Shown here: positions 9,034-18,986 of the stretch, piece by piece
Position numbering within the stretch: the first letter of the stretch is position 1
How the letters are laid out: each line of letters begins with the position of its first letter
DNA from: Bacteroidales bacterium
GTDB lineage: Bacteria; Bacteroidota; Bacteroidia; Bacteroidales; UBA932
Assembly: GCA_017959005.1 (NCBI GenBank)
Contig: JAGDBO010000016.1
Location: forward strand, 46,407 to 110,406
Length of the DNA: 64,000 nucleotides
Direction of reading: 5' to 3'
Notes under the pieces: generated by a model
Databases searched by the model: none
What the model was told of the DNA's origin: nothing
The model's input: the letters and a program-made list of their open reading frames with translations, nothing else
Made by a program: the position numbers and the translations under genes

Positions 9034-11649
9034 CTATTTGATATTGTTCTTAATAAACTCTATAGCCTCGTTAATTCCATCCGCCTTCTTTCCTCCGGCG
9101 CTTGCAAAGAACGGCTGTCCTCCGCCGCCTCCCTGAATGAACTTGGCCGCCTCTCTGATATCCTTTCCGGCATTCATTCCCCTTGCTACCATATCTTCCG
9201 TGTACATCAGAGTGAGAGAAGGTTTGTTCTCATCCGTACATGCACCAACAAAGACCGTGCTGCTGCACTCAGCCTTGAGCATAAATGCAACTGTCTTGAA
9301 TACCTCTGGAATGTAAGGACCCTTGAGCAGCATAAAGTCCACACCGTTAATCTTTTCTGCGCTCTCCTTCACCTTATCCTTAAGATGTGCGGCTCTCTCC
9401 TTGAGTGCCTGCTCAGCCTGTTTTCTGAAACCGTCATTCTCCTGGAGAAGTTTCTTGGCGCTCTCAACAACATTAGGAGCATTCTTAAAGAGTTCCCTCA
9501 TTGTAATCATGGTATCCTCCAAACCGTAGATGAGGTTCTCTACATTCTCTCCCGTAGTTGCCTCAATTCTTCTTATGCCTGCTGCTATTGCGCTCTCTGA
9601 GAGTATCTTAAACATCCCGATTCTTCCGGTAGACTCAATGTGAGTTCCGCCGCAGAGCTCTACACTCTCACCAAAACGGATAACGCGCACCTTGTCTCCG
9701 TACTTCTCACCAAAGAGTGCAATTGCTCCGCTCTTTCTTGCCTCATCAATAGGGACATCTCTCATCTCCTCCCTCTTAAGATCCTCTCTTATGAGTGAGT
9801 TGACAAGTCTCTCCACCTCTCTCAGTTTCTCCGGTGCAACCTTCTCAAAATGAGAGAAGTCAAACCTCAAAACCTGAGGGCTTACAAAGGAACCTTTCTG
9901 CTCAATATGTGTTCCCAGAATCTTTCTTAAGGCATAATCCAAAAGGTGGGTTGCGCTGTGATTTGCAGCGGCAGAGAGTCTCTTTTTAACATTGATAGAT
10001 GCTGTAAACAGGGCGGTTGCCTCTGCCGGCATCTTCTCCGTAATGTGGATAGGGAGGCCGTTTTCCTTAACGGTGTTAACCACGTTAATCTTCTCCGCTC
10101 CGCACTCAAGCGTTCCGGTATCTCCAACCTGTCCGCCGCTCTCCGCATAGAAAGGAGTTCTGTCCAACACAATGTGGTAGAGCGTCTTACCCTTGGTCTT
10201 TACCTCACGGTAACGCAGTATCTTAACACCCTCTTCTGTGTAGTTGTCATATCCTGTAAAGAGGGTCTCTCCCTCTGCAAGTACAACCCAGTCTCCCTCC
10301 TTCTTGGCATCTGCGTTACGGCTTCTCTCCTTCTGCTTGCCAAGTTCAACCTCAAAGGCAGAGATATCTACAGTAAGGCCGTTCTCCTTGGCTATCAGTT
10401 CAGTAAGATCTATCGGGAAACCGAAGGTATCATAGAGAAGGAAGGCATCTTTTCCCTCAATGGCCTTTCCGCCCTCCTGCTTGCACCTGGCAACCAGTTC
10501 ATCCATAAGGCGGATTCCTCTCTCAAGGGTGCGGAGGAAGGTCTCCTCCTCCTCTTTTATCACCTTCTCAATAAGTTGCTGCTGGCTGCGGATCTCCGGA
10601 TAGGAGTCTCCCATCTGCTCTACCAGTGTTGCAACTAACTTATAAAGAAGCGGTTCCTTGGTCTGAAGGAAGGTGTAGGCGTATCGCACTGCACGGCGCA
10701 GAATTCTTCTGATTACATAGCCCGCCTTAACGTTGGATGGCAGCTGGCCGTCTGCAATGGAGAAGGTGATGGCTCTTATATGGTCTGAAATTACGCGGAT
10801 TGCAACGCGGGTGTTCTCATCCTCCTTTGCGTAATCTTTGCCGGTAAGTTCAGAAACTTTGGAAATCAGAGGGGTGAAGACGTCTGTGTCATAGTTGCTC
10901 TTTACTCCCTGGAGCGCCATACAGAGTCTCTCAAAGCCCATTCCCGTATCTACGTTATTGTGAGGGAGTTTCTCCAGCGTGCCGTCTGCCTTGCGGTTGA
11001 ACTGCATAAAGACGAGGTTCCAGATCTCAATAACCAGAGGGTCAGATTTATTAACCAACTCTCTTCCCGGAACCTTTGCACGCTCCGCGTCATCTCTGAG
11101 GTCTATGTGAATCTCGCTACAAGGTCCGCAAGGTCCCATCTCTCCCATCTCCCAGAAGTTGTCCTTGCGGCTGCCGTTGAGGACTCTATCCTCCGGAAGG
11201 AAGCGGAGCCAGTTCTCTCTAGCCTCCTTGTCCAGCGGCAGATTGTCCGGTGCGTACCCCTCAAATACGGTGGCGTAGAGACGGTTAGGATCTATCTTGT
11301 AAACCTTGGTGAGAAGTTCCCAACTCCACTCAATGGCCTCTTTCTTAAAGTAATCTCCAAAACTCCAGTTTCCCAGCATCTCAAACATAGTGTGGTGGTA
11401 GGTGTCATGTCCAACCTCCTCCAAGTCATTATGCTTTCCGCTTACTCTGAGGCATTTCTGTGTGTCCGCCGCCCTCTTTGCGAATGCCGCCTTGTTCCCC
11501 AGGAAGATATCTTTAAACTGATTCATACCCGCGTTGGTGAACATCAGCGTAGGGTCATTCTTTACAACCATAGGTGCGGATGGCACTATTGTATGCTCTT
11601 TTTCCCTGAAAAAAGTCAGGAACGCTTCTCTAACCTCTTTTGAATTCAT
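9034..11649 (-). CDS. alaS: Alanine--tRNA ligase
   Basis: 871 aa. [18 protein letters not shown] class II motif and a C-terminal DHHA1-like region. Confidence 0.95.
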   Translation of the reverse strand: MNSKEVREAFLTFFREKEHTIVPSAPMVVKNDPTLMFTNAGMNQFKDIFLGNKAAFAKRAADTQKCLRVSGKHNDLEEVGHDTYHHTMFEMLGNWSFGDYFKKEAIEWSWELLTKVYKIDPNRLYATVFEGYAPDNLPLDKEARENWLRFLPEDRVLNGSRKDNFWEMGEMGPCGPCSEIHIDLRDDAERAKVPGRELVNKSDPLVIEIWNLVFMQFNRKADGTLEKLPHNNVDTGMGFERLCMALQGVKSNYDTDVFTPLISKVSELTGKDYAKEDENTRVAIRVISDHIRAITFSIADGQLPSNVKAGYVIRRILRRAVRYAYTFLQTKEPLLYKLVATLVEQMGDSYPEIRSQQQLIEKVIKEEEETFLRTLERGIRLMDELVARCKQEGGKAIEGKDAFLLYDTFGFPIDLTELIAKENGLTVDISAFEVELGKQKERSRNADAKKEGDWVVLAEGETLFTGYDNYTEEGVKILRYREVKTKGKTLYHIVLDRTPFYAESGGQVGDTGTLECGAEKINVVNTVKENGLPIHITEKMPAEATALFTASINVKKRLSAAANHSATHLLDYALRKILGTHIEQKGSFVSPQVLRFDFSHFEKVAPEKLREVERLVNSLIREDLKREEMRDVPIDEARKSGAIALFGEKYGDKVRVIRFGESVELCGGTHIESTGRIGMFKILSESAIAAGIRRIEATTGENVENLIYGLEDTMITMRELFKNAPNVVESAKKLLQENDGFRKQAEQALKERAAHLKDKVKESAEKINGVDFMLLKGPYIPEVFKTVAFMLKAECSSTVFVGACTDENKPSLTLMYTEDMVARGMNAGKDIREAAKFIQGGGGGQPFFASAGGKKADGINEAIEFIKNNIK

Positions 11650-11659
11650 ATCAACTTAT

Positions 11660-11667
11660 TACATTTG
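11660..11667 (+). promoter_or_regulatory. Candidate Bacteroidetes -7 promoter box (TACATTTG) for the M23 peptidase gene
   Basis: Matches the TAnnTTTG consensus, about 47 nt upstream of ATG 11714. Overlaps the left arm of the palindrome. Confidence 0.45.
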
Positions 11668-11700
11668 TACGGTTTTTGCAGATGACTGCAAACGTACAAA
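11664..11700. promoter_or_regulatory. 37-bp bulged palindrome between alaS and the M23 peptidase gene
   Basis: TTTGTACG(11664-71)/CGTACAAA(11693-700) plus TTTGCAG(11675-81)/CTGCAAA(11686-92), with a 3-nt bulge and 4-nt loop. Confidence 0.6.
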
Positions 11701-11704
11701 AATA
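11697..11704 (-). promoter_or_regulatory. Candidate -7 promoter box (TATTTTTG on minus strand) for alaS
   Basis: Reverse complement of caaaaata matches TAnnTTTG, about 48 nt upstream of the alaS ATG (11649). Confidence 0.45.
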
Positions 11705-11713
11705 GTAAAAGAA

Positions 11714-12565
11714 ATGTTAAGTTGGGAGAGGTTAAGGTATAAACTCTCGTTACAGAAGATGTTAGGAAAGGGATTCAGGCTCTTTTTATTGAGTCTGGCC
11801 GCCTTTGTCGTATACTACCTTCTCTATACGGAGCTCTTTGGCTTCAAGACCCCCCGCAGAATTCAGATGGAGCAGCGCAGCGCCTTGCTGGACGCCCGTC
11901 AGGCCCTTGCCGCAGACAAATTGGAGCGTGTCTACTCCGCCCTGCAGGAGCTGAGCCAGAGAGACAACAATATCTACCGCCCCTCTTTCGGAATGGATTC
12001 AGTTACCTTTCCCGCTTATGACTATCTCACGATAGAAAATCTCAATAACCTGATAAAGAGGCAGCTGAAGAGTTATAACGAGCTCGACCCGGTTGCGGAG
12101 AGTTTTGGAAAAATCTCCCTCTGCGTCCCATCCATTCCCCCTCTCTACCTTAATCATATCACACTGACCAGCCGCTTTGGTTACCGCTCGGACCCTATGA
12201 CAGGATACATTAAGGGGCATACCGGAGTGGACTTGGCCGGAAAGCCGGGTGAACCAATCTACGCCACCGGAGACGGAAGGGTTGAGAAGGTGGATATAAA
12301 GTTTACCGGTTACGGAAATGAGATTGTAATCAACCACGGATTCGGGTACAAGACCCGTTACGCCCACCTTAAAGCCACCCTTGTTCACGTTGGAGACATT
12401 GTTAAGCGCGGAGATAAGATTGGTCTGATGGGCTCTACCGGAAAGAGTACCGGACCCCACCTCCACTATGAGGTTGAATATATGGGTTACAAGGTTAACC
12501 CTCTGATTTACTTTGACAGCAAAATGACTCCGGAGGAGTATGACAGACTTATAAGCGGAAAGTAG
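11714..12565 (+). CDS. M23 family metallopeptidase (LytM domain)
   Basis: HTGVDLAG (HxxxD) and GPHLHYEV (HxH). The track start at 11534 overlaps alaS, so ATG 11714 (MLSWERL...) is preferred; ATG 11759 is also possible. Confidence 0.8.
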   Translation: MLSWERLRYKLSLQKMLGKGFRLFLLSLAAFVVYYLLYTELFGFKTPRRIQMEQRSALLDARQALAADKLERVYSALQELSQRDNNIYRPSFGMDSVTFPAYDYLTIENLNNLIKRQLKSYNELDPVAESFGKISLCVPSIPPLYLNHITLTSRFGYRSDPMTGYIKGHTGVDLAGKPGEPIYATGDGRVEKVDIKFTGYGNEIVINHGFGYKTRYAHLKATLVHVGDIVKRGDKIGLMGSTGKSTGPHLHYEVEYMGYKVNPLIYFDSKMTPEEYDRLISGK

Positions 12566-12566
12566 T

Positions 12567-13418
12567 ATGAGAGAGAGGAATAAGAAAATATTGAAATATT
12601 TTTTGGCGAGTATTCCGCTTGCTGTAATCTATTATATACTCTTTGCCAACATCCTATATTTTGGTAAGGACGCACAGCTTCTTAAGGCTAACCGTATGCG
12701 TGCCAAATTCCTGGATACCATAGAGTCAAATTACACCTCCCTGGACAGTTCTATAAAAGTTCTACAGGCTCGTGACGGAGAGATTTACAGAATGATATTC
12801 GGAGCGGAGCCCCAGGAGACACTCTATGGTGAGGAGAGCGGAGAGGATATCTCCATTGAGAGGGCAACCGCTCTGGCTTCAGAGGTTCAGTTCTGCATAG
12901 ACTCCATAAAGGGTAATCTGGCATATCTGGGCTCCAGTGCCCGTAACATTCCTTCAATAGTTCCGGTGGAGAATTTCCAACTCCACAAATTGGGGGCCTC
13001 CATGGGCAAAAGGGTGAACCCGTTCCTTAAGAGCGTGGTTTGGCACCCGGGTCTGGATATACTCGGACAGATAGGAGACCGTGTCCTGGCGGCGGGGGAC
13101 GGCGTGGTGGAGAAGGCCTCCACATACGAGGACAAAAATGAGGGTAGAGTTTTGATTATCAATCACCTGAATGGATACCGGACAAAGTATGCCCACCTGG
13201 ATGAGATACTTGTGAAGGTAAATGATACCGTTAAGGTTTCCCAACCGGTTGCAACTGTGGGAAGCACCGGAAAGTCACTCACTCCGCACCTCCACTATGA
13301 GGTCATTTTGGGGGAGAGACACCTTAACCCATCCGGATATTTCTTTGGCTCCCTCTCCCCGGCAGATTACAGCCGCGCCATCCACATTAGTGAAAATTCC
13401 GGTCAGTCTTTGGATTAA
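12567..13418 (+). CDS. M23 family metallopeptidase (tandem paralog)
   Basis: 283 aa with an N-terminal TM segment. WHPGLDILG (HxxxD) and TPHLHYEV (HxH). Confidence 0.8.
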   Translation: MRERNKKILKYFLASIPLAVIYYILFANILYFGKDAQLLKANRMRAKFLDTIESNYTSLDSSIKVLQARDGEIYRMIFGAEPQETLYGEESGEDISIERATALASEVQFCIDSIKGNLAYLGSSARNIPSIVPVENFQLHKLGASMGKRVNPFLKSVVWHPGLDILGQIGDRVLAAGDGVVEKASTYEDKNEGRVLIINHLNGYRTKYAHLDEILVKVNDTVKVSQPVATVGSTGKSLTPHLHYEVILGERHLNPSGYFFGSLSPADYSRAIHISENSGQSLD

Positions 13419-13446
13419 TCTTCTCTCTTGACTATTTTTGCAGGGT

Positions 13447-13827
13447 ATGGAAGAAGGTCAGAAATTATACTATACAATTGGAGAGGTCTCCGCTCTTCTC
13501 TCAGAGAACACCTCTTTGGTCAGGTTTTGGTCAGACACCTTTTCCGCATTCATTAAGCCGGTGCGTAACAAGAAGGGTAACAGGCTCTTTACGGCAAAGG
13601 ACGTGGAGAACTTCAAACTCATTCACCACTTTGTGAAGGATTTGGGAATGACTCTGGACGGGGCAAAACTGAGAATGAAACAGAATGCCACCGGAGAGGA
13701 CAAGCGCCTGGAGGTAATCAGCCGTCTTAAACAGATAAGAGCCAAACTGTTGGCCGTAACGGACGAGAACCCTGAAGATGAATTTGAAATCCTAACAGAT
13801 TTGGAAGATGGAGAGGAAGAGAACTAG
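13447..13827 (+). CDS. MerR family transcriptional regulator
   Basis: YTIGEVSALLSENTSLVRFW HTH near the N-terminus, with an acidic tail. The track start 13438 is TTG inside a TATTTTTG box; ATG 13447 (MEEGQK) is preferred. Confidence 0.7.
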   Translation: MEEGQKLYYTIGEVSALLSENTSLVRFWSDTFSAFIKPVRNKKGNRLFTAKDVENFKLIHHFVKDLGMTLDGAKLRMKQNATGEDKRLEVISRLKQIRAKLLAVTDENPEDEFEILTDLEDGEEEN

Positions 13828-14593
13828 CATCACTGCAAAAGAAATAGCCTCTGCGATAGAGAAATTTGCACCTCTTTCCACCCAGGAGGAGTGGGATAAC
13901 AGCGGCTTTACCGTTGGTGACCCCAACTCAAAAGCGAGCAAGGCCCTCATAGCTCTTAACTGCACCTTAGATGTTGTGCGTGAGGCTGTTAGCAAGGGGT
14001 GCGATATGATAATCACCCACCATCCTCTGATTGTTCATGATCCTTGTCTTAACATTCTTAAGGGAGATCCGCGCAGCGAGGCCATTATGCTGGCAATAAA
14101 AAAGGGAATTACAGTTTACTCCTCTCACACTCCGCTGGATAAGGCTGAGGGCGGACTAAATACCCAGATGGCTCTAAAGCTCTCACTTACAGATGTTGAG
14201 CCGCTGGTAGAGGGAGGGTTCGGCTGTGTTGGAAACCTCAAAAAACCGCTGGAGGCAAAGAGTTTCCTCACAAAAGTTAAGAGAGCCTTTGGCGCTCCGG
14301 TTGTAAGGTGCTCAAAACCCGTCGGGAAGAAAATAAGCCGTGTGGCGGTCAGCAGCGGCGGCGGACAGGGCTCAACAGGTTATGCACTCTCTAAGGGGGC
14401 GCAAGTGCTTGTTACGGGGGATGTTACGCACCATCACTTCTACTGCCCGGAGGGTTTTATGGTTGTGGACGTGGGGCATCACTTCAGCGAACTTGCTGCA
14501 ATCAAAGTTCTTGAAGAGCTTGTTAAGAAAAATTTTCCTACATTTGCACTCCATTTGAGCGAGGCAGATTTAAGCCCGATATTTTATTATTAA
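13808..14593 (+). CDS. Nif3-like dinuclear metal centre protein (YbgI family)
   Basis: 261 aa. APLSTQEEWDNSGFTVG and MIITHHPLI motifs. Confidence 0.8.
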   Translation: MERKRTSITAKEIASAIEKFAPLSTQEEWDNSGFTVGDPNSKASKALIALNCTLDVVREAVSKGCDMIITHHPLIVHDPCLNILKGDPRSEAIMLAIKKGITVYSSHTPLDKAEGGLNTQMALKLSLTDVEPLVEGGFGCVGNLKKPLEAKSFLTKVKRAFGAPVVRCSKPVGKKISRVAVSSGGGQGSTGYALSKGAQVLVTGDVTHHHFYCPEGFMVVDVGHHFSELAAIKVLEELVKKNFPTFALHLSEADLSPIFYY

Positions 14594-14595
14594 CT

Positions 14596-15462
14596 ATGGC
14601 AACAAAGAAAACAAAAGCAACACCTGCAGTTGGCGGTGAGACCTTTACCTCTTTACAGATCTCCACAAAGAATGCAGACGCAATGGAGATGGAGAGAAAA
14701 CTTAATCTCCTTTACAAGCTTCAGCAGACAGATTCTAAGATAGACAGCATTCATATGTTGCGCGGAGAGCTTCCTTTGGAGGTTCAGGATTTGGAGGACG
14801 AGGTAGCCGGTCTTAAGACTAAGCAGGCTTCTATTCAGAAAGAAATCAAGGAGATAGAGCAGTTCATTTCAGACAAGAAACATGAGATGGAAGAGTGCCG
14901 TGCTACAATTAAGAAGTACGAGCAGCAGCGTAACAACGTACGCAACAACCGTGAGTTTGAGTCTATTTCCAAAGAGATAGAGTTCCAGCAGCTTGAGAGC
15001 CAGTTGGCAGAGAAGAGAGCAAACGAGGGAACCAAAAACCTGGTTACTAAGAAGGAGGAGTTGGCCCTTGTAGGTGAGGAACTTAAGGGACGTCAGGCAG
15101 ACCTTGAGGCAAGAAAGGAGGAGCTTGAGAATATTGATAAGGAGACACAGAAAGAGGTTGAAACTTTGGAGCAGGAGAGCAAGACATATCAGGAGCAGAT
15201 TGATCCTAGAATGTTGGCTGCATACCAGAAGGTGCGCGGAAACGTTCGCAACAAGATGGCTGTAGTTACCGTAGTAAGAGGTGCTTGCGGCGGTTGCTTC
15301 AATAAGATACCTCCTCAGAGACAGCTGGATATTGATGAGAGCAGAAAGATTGTAGTTTGCGAGTACTGCGGCAGAATTCTGGTAAGTTCAAAGTTCCAGG
15401 ATGAAGAGTCTCAGCCTGTTGAGGAGACAAAGACAGTTAAGAAAGCTGCAAAGAAGAAATAG
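14596..15462 (+). CDS. Coiled-coil, C4 zinc-ribbon protein (DUF164-like, usual Nif3 neighbour)
   Basis: 288 aa. Long coiled-coil, then CGGCFNKIPPQ...CEYCGRIL. Confidence 0.7.
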   Translation: MATKKTKATPAVGGETFTSLQISTKNADAMEMERKLNLLYKLQQTDSKIDSIHMLRGELPLEVQDLEDEVAGLKTKQASIQKEIKEIEQFISDKKHEMEECRATIKKYEQQRNNVRNNREFESISKEIEFQQLESQLAEKRANEGTKNLVTKKEELALVGEELKGRQADLEARKEELENIDKETQKEVETLEQESKTYQEQIDPRMLAAYQKVRGNVRNKMAVVTVVRGACGGCFNKIPPQRQLDIDESRKIVVCEYCGRILVSSKFQDEESQPVEETKTVKKAAKKK

Positions 15463-15467
15463 TTGTT

Positions 15468-16670
15468 ATGAAGCAAGAACCCTATATTCTGAGGGATCTC
15501 TTCTTCAAACACGTAGGACAGACATCCTCTTCCCCGCTAGGTTTAAGCATAGTGAAGGCGGAGGGTGTTTTTTTGTACTCGGATACAAAGAGATATCTGG
15601 ATTTTATCTCCGGAGTATCTGTGAGTAACGTAGGTCACGGAAGGAGGGAGGTGATAGATGCCGTTAAGGAGCAGATGGAAAATTATGCTCACCTGATGGT
15701 TTACGGAGAGATGATTGAGTCTCCGCAAGTTCTTTACGCACAACTTCTTGCATCCATCCTTCCAAAGACTCTTCAAAGTATCTATTACGTAAACAGCGGA
15801 AGCGAGGCCAACGAGGCAGCAATAAAATTGGCTAAAAGAGTAACCGGCAGAAGAGGAATTGTCTCCTGCCGTAACTGCTATCACGGTAGTACTCAAGGTG
15901 CTATGAGTTTGATGAGCAGTGAGAAGTTTAAAAACGCCTTCCGTCCGCTGCTTCCACTTATAGATCACATCACTTTCAATGACGTTGATTCTCTGAATGT
16001 TATAACGGAGGAGACTGCCGCCGTAATCATTGAGCCTGTGCAGGGAGAGGGAGGAGTTCAGATTCCTAAAGACGGTTTCCTTCAGGCCTTAAGAGAGAAG
16101 TGCAACCAAACCGGAGCGCTGCTTATTTTTGATGAAATTCAGACAGGCTTTGGCCGCACGGGCAAGATGTTCGCCTTTGAAAAATATGGCGTAACGCCAG
16201 ATATTCTGACACTTGCAAAGGCACTGGGCGGAGGACTTCCGCTTGGAGCGCTTGTCACCTCCAATGAACTTATGAAGGCCTGGCAGACAGATCCGCCGCT
16301 GGGTCACATCACAACATTCGGAGGTCATCCGGTATGCTGTGCCGCAGCAATGGCCTCTTTGAAACTTCTGCTGAGCGAGCCGTGGATTGGAGAGGTAGAG
16401 AGAAAATCATTGTTGATAAAAAATCTTCTCTCAACCCATCCTCTTGTAAAAGAGATAAGAGCCGCCGGACTGCTCATTGCCGTAGATTTGAAGGATGAAA
16501 AACTTGCAGAAAAAGTGCTATATTTACTCCTCGATGAGGGTGTGCTGACGGACTGGTTCCTCTTCCAACCAACCTCCTTTAGGATTGCTCCTCCTCTCTG
16601 TATAACGGATGAGGAGATAATGATTGGAATTGAAGCCGTTGTCCGTGCATTGGACAAATTAACGCTTTAG
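15468..16670 (+). CDS. Class III (acetylornithine/GABA-type) PLP aminotransferase
   Basis: 400 aa. DEIQTGFGRTGKMFA and the PLP-lysine context LTLAKALGGG. Confidence 0.8.
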   Translation: MKQEPYILRDLFFKHVGQTSSSPLGLSIVKAEGVFLYSDTKRYLDFISGVSVSNVGHGRREVIDAVKEQMENYAHLMVYGEMIESPQVLYAQLLASILPKTLQSIYYVNSGSEANEAAIKLAKRVTGRRGIVSCRNCYHGSTQGAMSLMSSEKFKNAFRPLLPLIDHITFNDVDSLNVITEETAAVIIEPVQGEGGVQIPKDGFLQALREKCNQTGALLIFDEIQTGFGRTGKMFAFEKYGVTPDILTLAKALGGGLPLGALVTSNELMKAWQTDPPLGHITTFGGHPVCCAAAMASLKLLLSEPWIGEVERKSLLIKNLLSTHPLVKEIRAAGLLIAVDLKDEKLAEKVLYLLLDEGVLTDWFLFQPTSFRIAPPLCITDEEIMIGIEAVVRALDKLTL

Positions 16671-16673
16671 ATT

Positions 16674-18179
16674 ATGGCTAGAAGAGACAGAAGAAACGGT
16701 GGCGAGATAGACTTAGAGGTATCCGCTTTGGAACACGGAGTTAAGGTTCCGCAGGCAATTGAGGTAGAGGCATCCGTTCTTGGTGCAATGATGTTGGACC
16801 AGGATATTGTGGAGGAACTTATGACCTCACTGAGCGAGGAGTGTTTTTATAAGCAGGAGAACCGTCTTATTTTTAGAGCCATATATCAACTTAGTAACGC
16901 CAACTCTCCAATAGATATGATGACGGTTGCAGACCGTCTGAAGTTTAACGGAGACTTTGATGCGGTTGGTGGATTGCAATATCTTACTGAACTCACATCA
17001 GACATTGGTGCTGCGGTTCACGTTAACTACTACGCTAAAATCCTTGTAGATAAATATATACAGAGGCAGATGATTTCCATTACCACAGACTCTCTGCGTA
17101 AATCTTATGATGAGAGCGAGCCTGTGGATGACCTTCTCAACACCCTGCAGCAAAAGTTGTTTGACCTCTCTGAGAAGAACATGAGCCGCAAGGAGCAGAG
17201 CATTGGAGAGATCATCTCCAACAAACTTAAAAGCCTGGAAGAACTTCAGAGTAAGGAGGGTGGACAGACCGGACTTCAGAGCGGATATGTTGCTCTGGAT
17301 AAAGTTACCTTTGGGTGGCATCCTTCAGATCTGGTAATTATTGCAGGACGTCCTGGAATGGGAAAGACCGCGTTTGTGCTTACCATGGCAAGAAACATGG
17401 CGGTGGAATTCAACATTCCGGTTGCCTTCTTCTCTTTGGAGCAGGCTCCTACTCAGTTGATTGAGAGATTGCTGGTTGCGGAGACAGGTCTTCCTTCAGA
17501 GAAGATTAAGGGAAGCGTAAAGATGGCTCAGGCAGATTGGGTTCAGTTGGATGACAGCATGCGCCGTCTGGTTGAAGCTCCTATTTACATAGACGATACA
17601 CCTTCACTCTCCATCATAGACCTAAGGGCAAAGGCCCGCCGTCTGGTTAAGACCAACGGAGTGAAAATCATAATAATAGACTACCTCCAGCTTATGACCG
17701 GTTCCAAGGAACTGAAGGGAAACAGAGAGCAGGAGGTTGCAGAGATTTCACGTTCACTCAAGGCAATTGCAAAGGAGTTGGACGTTCCGGTTATTGCACT
17801 GGCTCAGCTTTCACGTGCAGCCGAGGCCTCTACCGGAGGCTTGAAAAAGCCTCAGCTTACGCACCTTAGAGAGTCCGGAGCAATTGAGCAGGATGCAGAC
17901 ATTGTACTCTTTATCCACCGTCCGGAGTACTACGGCATAGAAGATGTAAAGATGATGGAAGAGGGTATTACGGAGATTATTATTGCTAAGCACCGTAACG
18001 GCCCAACGGGTGAGGTGGAACTTAAGTTCATCAAGTCTCAGATGAAGTTCGTAGACCGCAATGACACTTACGGAAGAGGCAGAGTCGGAGACTTTGGTGC
18101 AATAACTTTTGAATCCAAAACTATCGGCCCGCAAATTTACCAGACTACTCAGGAAGATGAGTACGACAGTGACATTTAG
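16674..18179 (+). CDS. dnaB: Replicative DNA helicase
   Basis: 501 aa. Walker A GRPGMGKTAF, IIIDYLQLM, and SGAIEQDAD. Confidence 0.95.
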   Translation: MARRDRRNGGEIDLEVSALEHGVKVPQAIEVEASVLGAMMLDQDIVEELMTSLSEECFYKQENRLIFRAIYQLSNANSPIDMMTVADRLKFNGDFDAVGGLQYLTELTSDIGAAVHVNYYAKILVDKYIQRQMISITTDSLRKSYDESEPVDDLLNTLQQKLFDLSEKNMSRKEQSIGEIISNKLKSLEELQSKEGGQTGLQSGYVALDKVTFGWHPSDLVIIAGRPGMGKTAFVLTMARNMAVEFNIPVAFFSLEQAPTQLIERLLVAETGLPSEKIKGSVKMAQADWVQLDDSMRRLVEAPIYIDDTPSLSIIDLRAKARRLVKTNGVKIIIIDYLQLMTGSKELKGNREQEVAEISRSLKAIAKELDVPVIALAQLSRAAEASTGGLKKPQLTHLRESGAIEQDADIVLFIHRPEYYGIEDVKMMEEGITEIIIAKHRNGPTGEVELKFIKSQMKFVDRNDTYGRGRVGDFGAITFESKTIGPQIYQTTQEDEYDSDI

Positions 18180-18191
18180 GACATTACATAA

Positions 18192-18986
18192 ATGAAAAGG
18201 ATTCTTACTCTTTCACTTCTGTTGCTTTTTTCTTTGGGCTTTGTCAAGGCTCAGGAGAATAACAACTATCCGTTTCAAAACGGAGAGCGTGTAGATTTTG
18301 TAATTAGTTACGCCTGGGGCGGAGTGATTACTGACGTGGCGAGTATGAATCTTAAAACTCTCTATGAAAACGGTGAGTACAAGGTAACTATGACCGCCGG
18401 CACCTACCGTTTCTTTGATCTCTTCTTTAAGATAAGAGAGTCTTTGGAGACCAAATTTTCAGAGGAGACTCTTCGTCCTTCATTCTTCCACAGAGAGGCC
18501 CTGGAGGGAAAGTACAGAATGAAGAACACACTCACTTTCAACCCTTCAGACAATACCATAAAGAGCCGCACCCAAAAGTATGACAGAGTTCCGTATGATA
18601 CTCTGTTAAGGGGAACGGAGAAAACCAAGGATCTGCTTACGCTCTTTTTCTTCTACCGCACTGTAGATTTCACAAACGCTCCGGTAGGTGAGAAGGTCCC
18701 TATGGAATTTGTTGTAGATAAGGAGATTTACTCTCTCTACTTTATCTTTAAGGGAAGAGAGAAAAAGCATATTCCGGGCGTGGGCACCTTCAATACTATG
18801 AAGTTTATGGTGAAGGTTGTAACCGGCAATGTCTTTGAAGGTAAGGAGGATATGTGCCTTTGGGTATCTGATGATAAAAATAAAGTTCCGCTCTATTTTG
18901 AGGCACAGTTAAAGTTCGGAAAGGTGCAGGGTCACGCCACAAAACTATCGGGGACAAAATATCCTCTCACCGCAAAAATCAAATGA
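18192..18986 (+). CDS. DUF3108-like secreted protein
   Basis: 264 aa with a signal peptide. Family recalled from memory. Confidence 0.5.
   Translation: MKRILTLSLLLLFSLGFVKAQENNNYPFQNGERVDFVISYAWGGVITDVASMNLKTLYENGEYKVTMTAGTYRFFDLFFKIRESLETKFSEETLRPSFFHREALEGKYRMKNTLTFNPSDNTIKSRTQKYDRVPYDTLLRGTEKTKDLLTLFFFYRTVDFTNAPVGEKVPMEFVVDKEIYSLYFIFKGREKKHIPGVGTFNTMKFMVKVVTGNVFEGKEDMCLWVSDDKNKVPLYFEAQLKFGKVQGHATKLSGTKYPLTAKIK

Noticed and set aside
11534-11713. Upstream extension of the M23 peptidase ORF that overlaps alaS by 116 nt.
   Set aside because: The extension is antisense to the alaS N-terminus and runs across the promoter palindrome. Internal ATGs at 11714 and 11759 give a normal N-terminal membrane anchor.
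11650-11713. The minus-to-plus strand switch near dnaB, as a possible replication origin.
   Set aside because: There are no clustered DnaA-box-like (TTATCCACA) motifs and no dnaA gene. The region is only 64 bp and is explained by two promoters.
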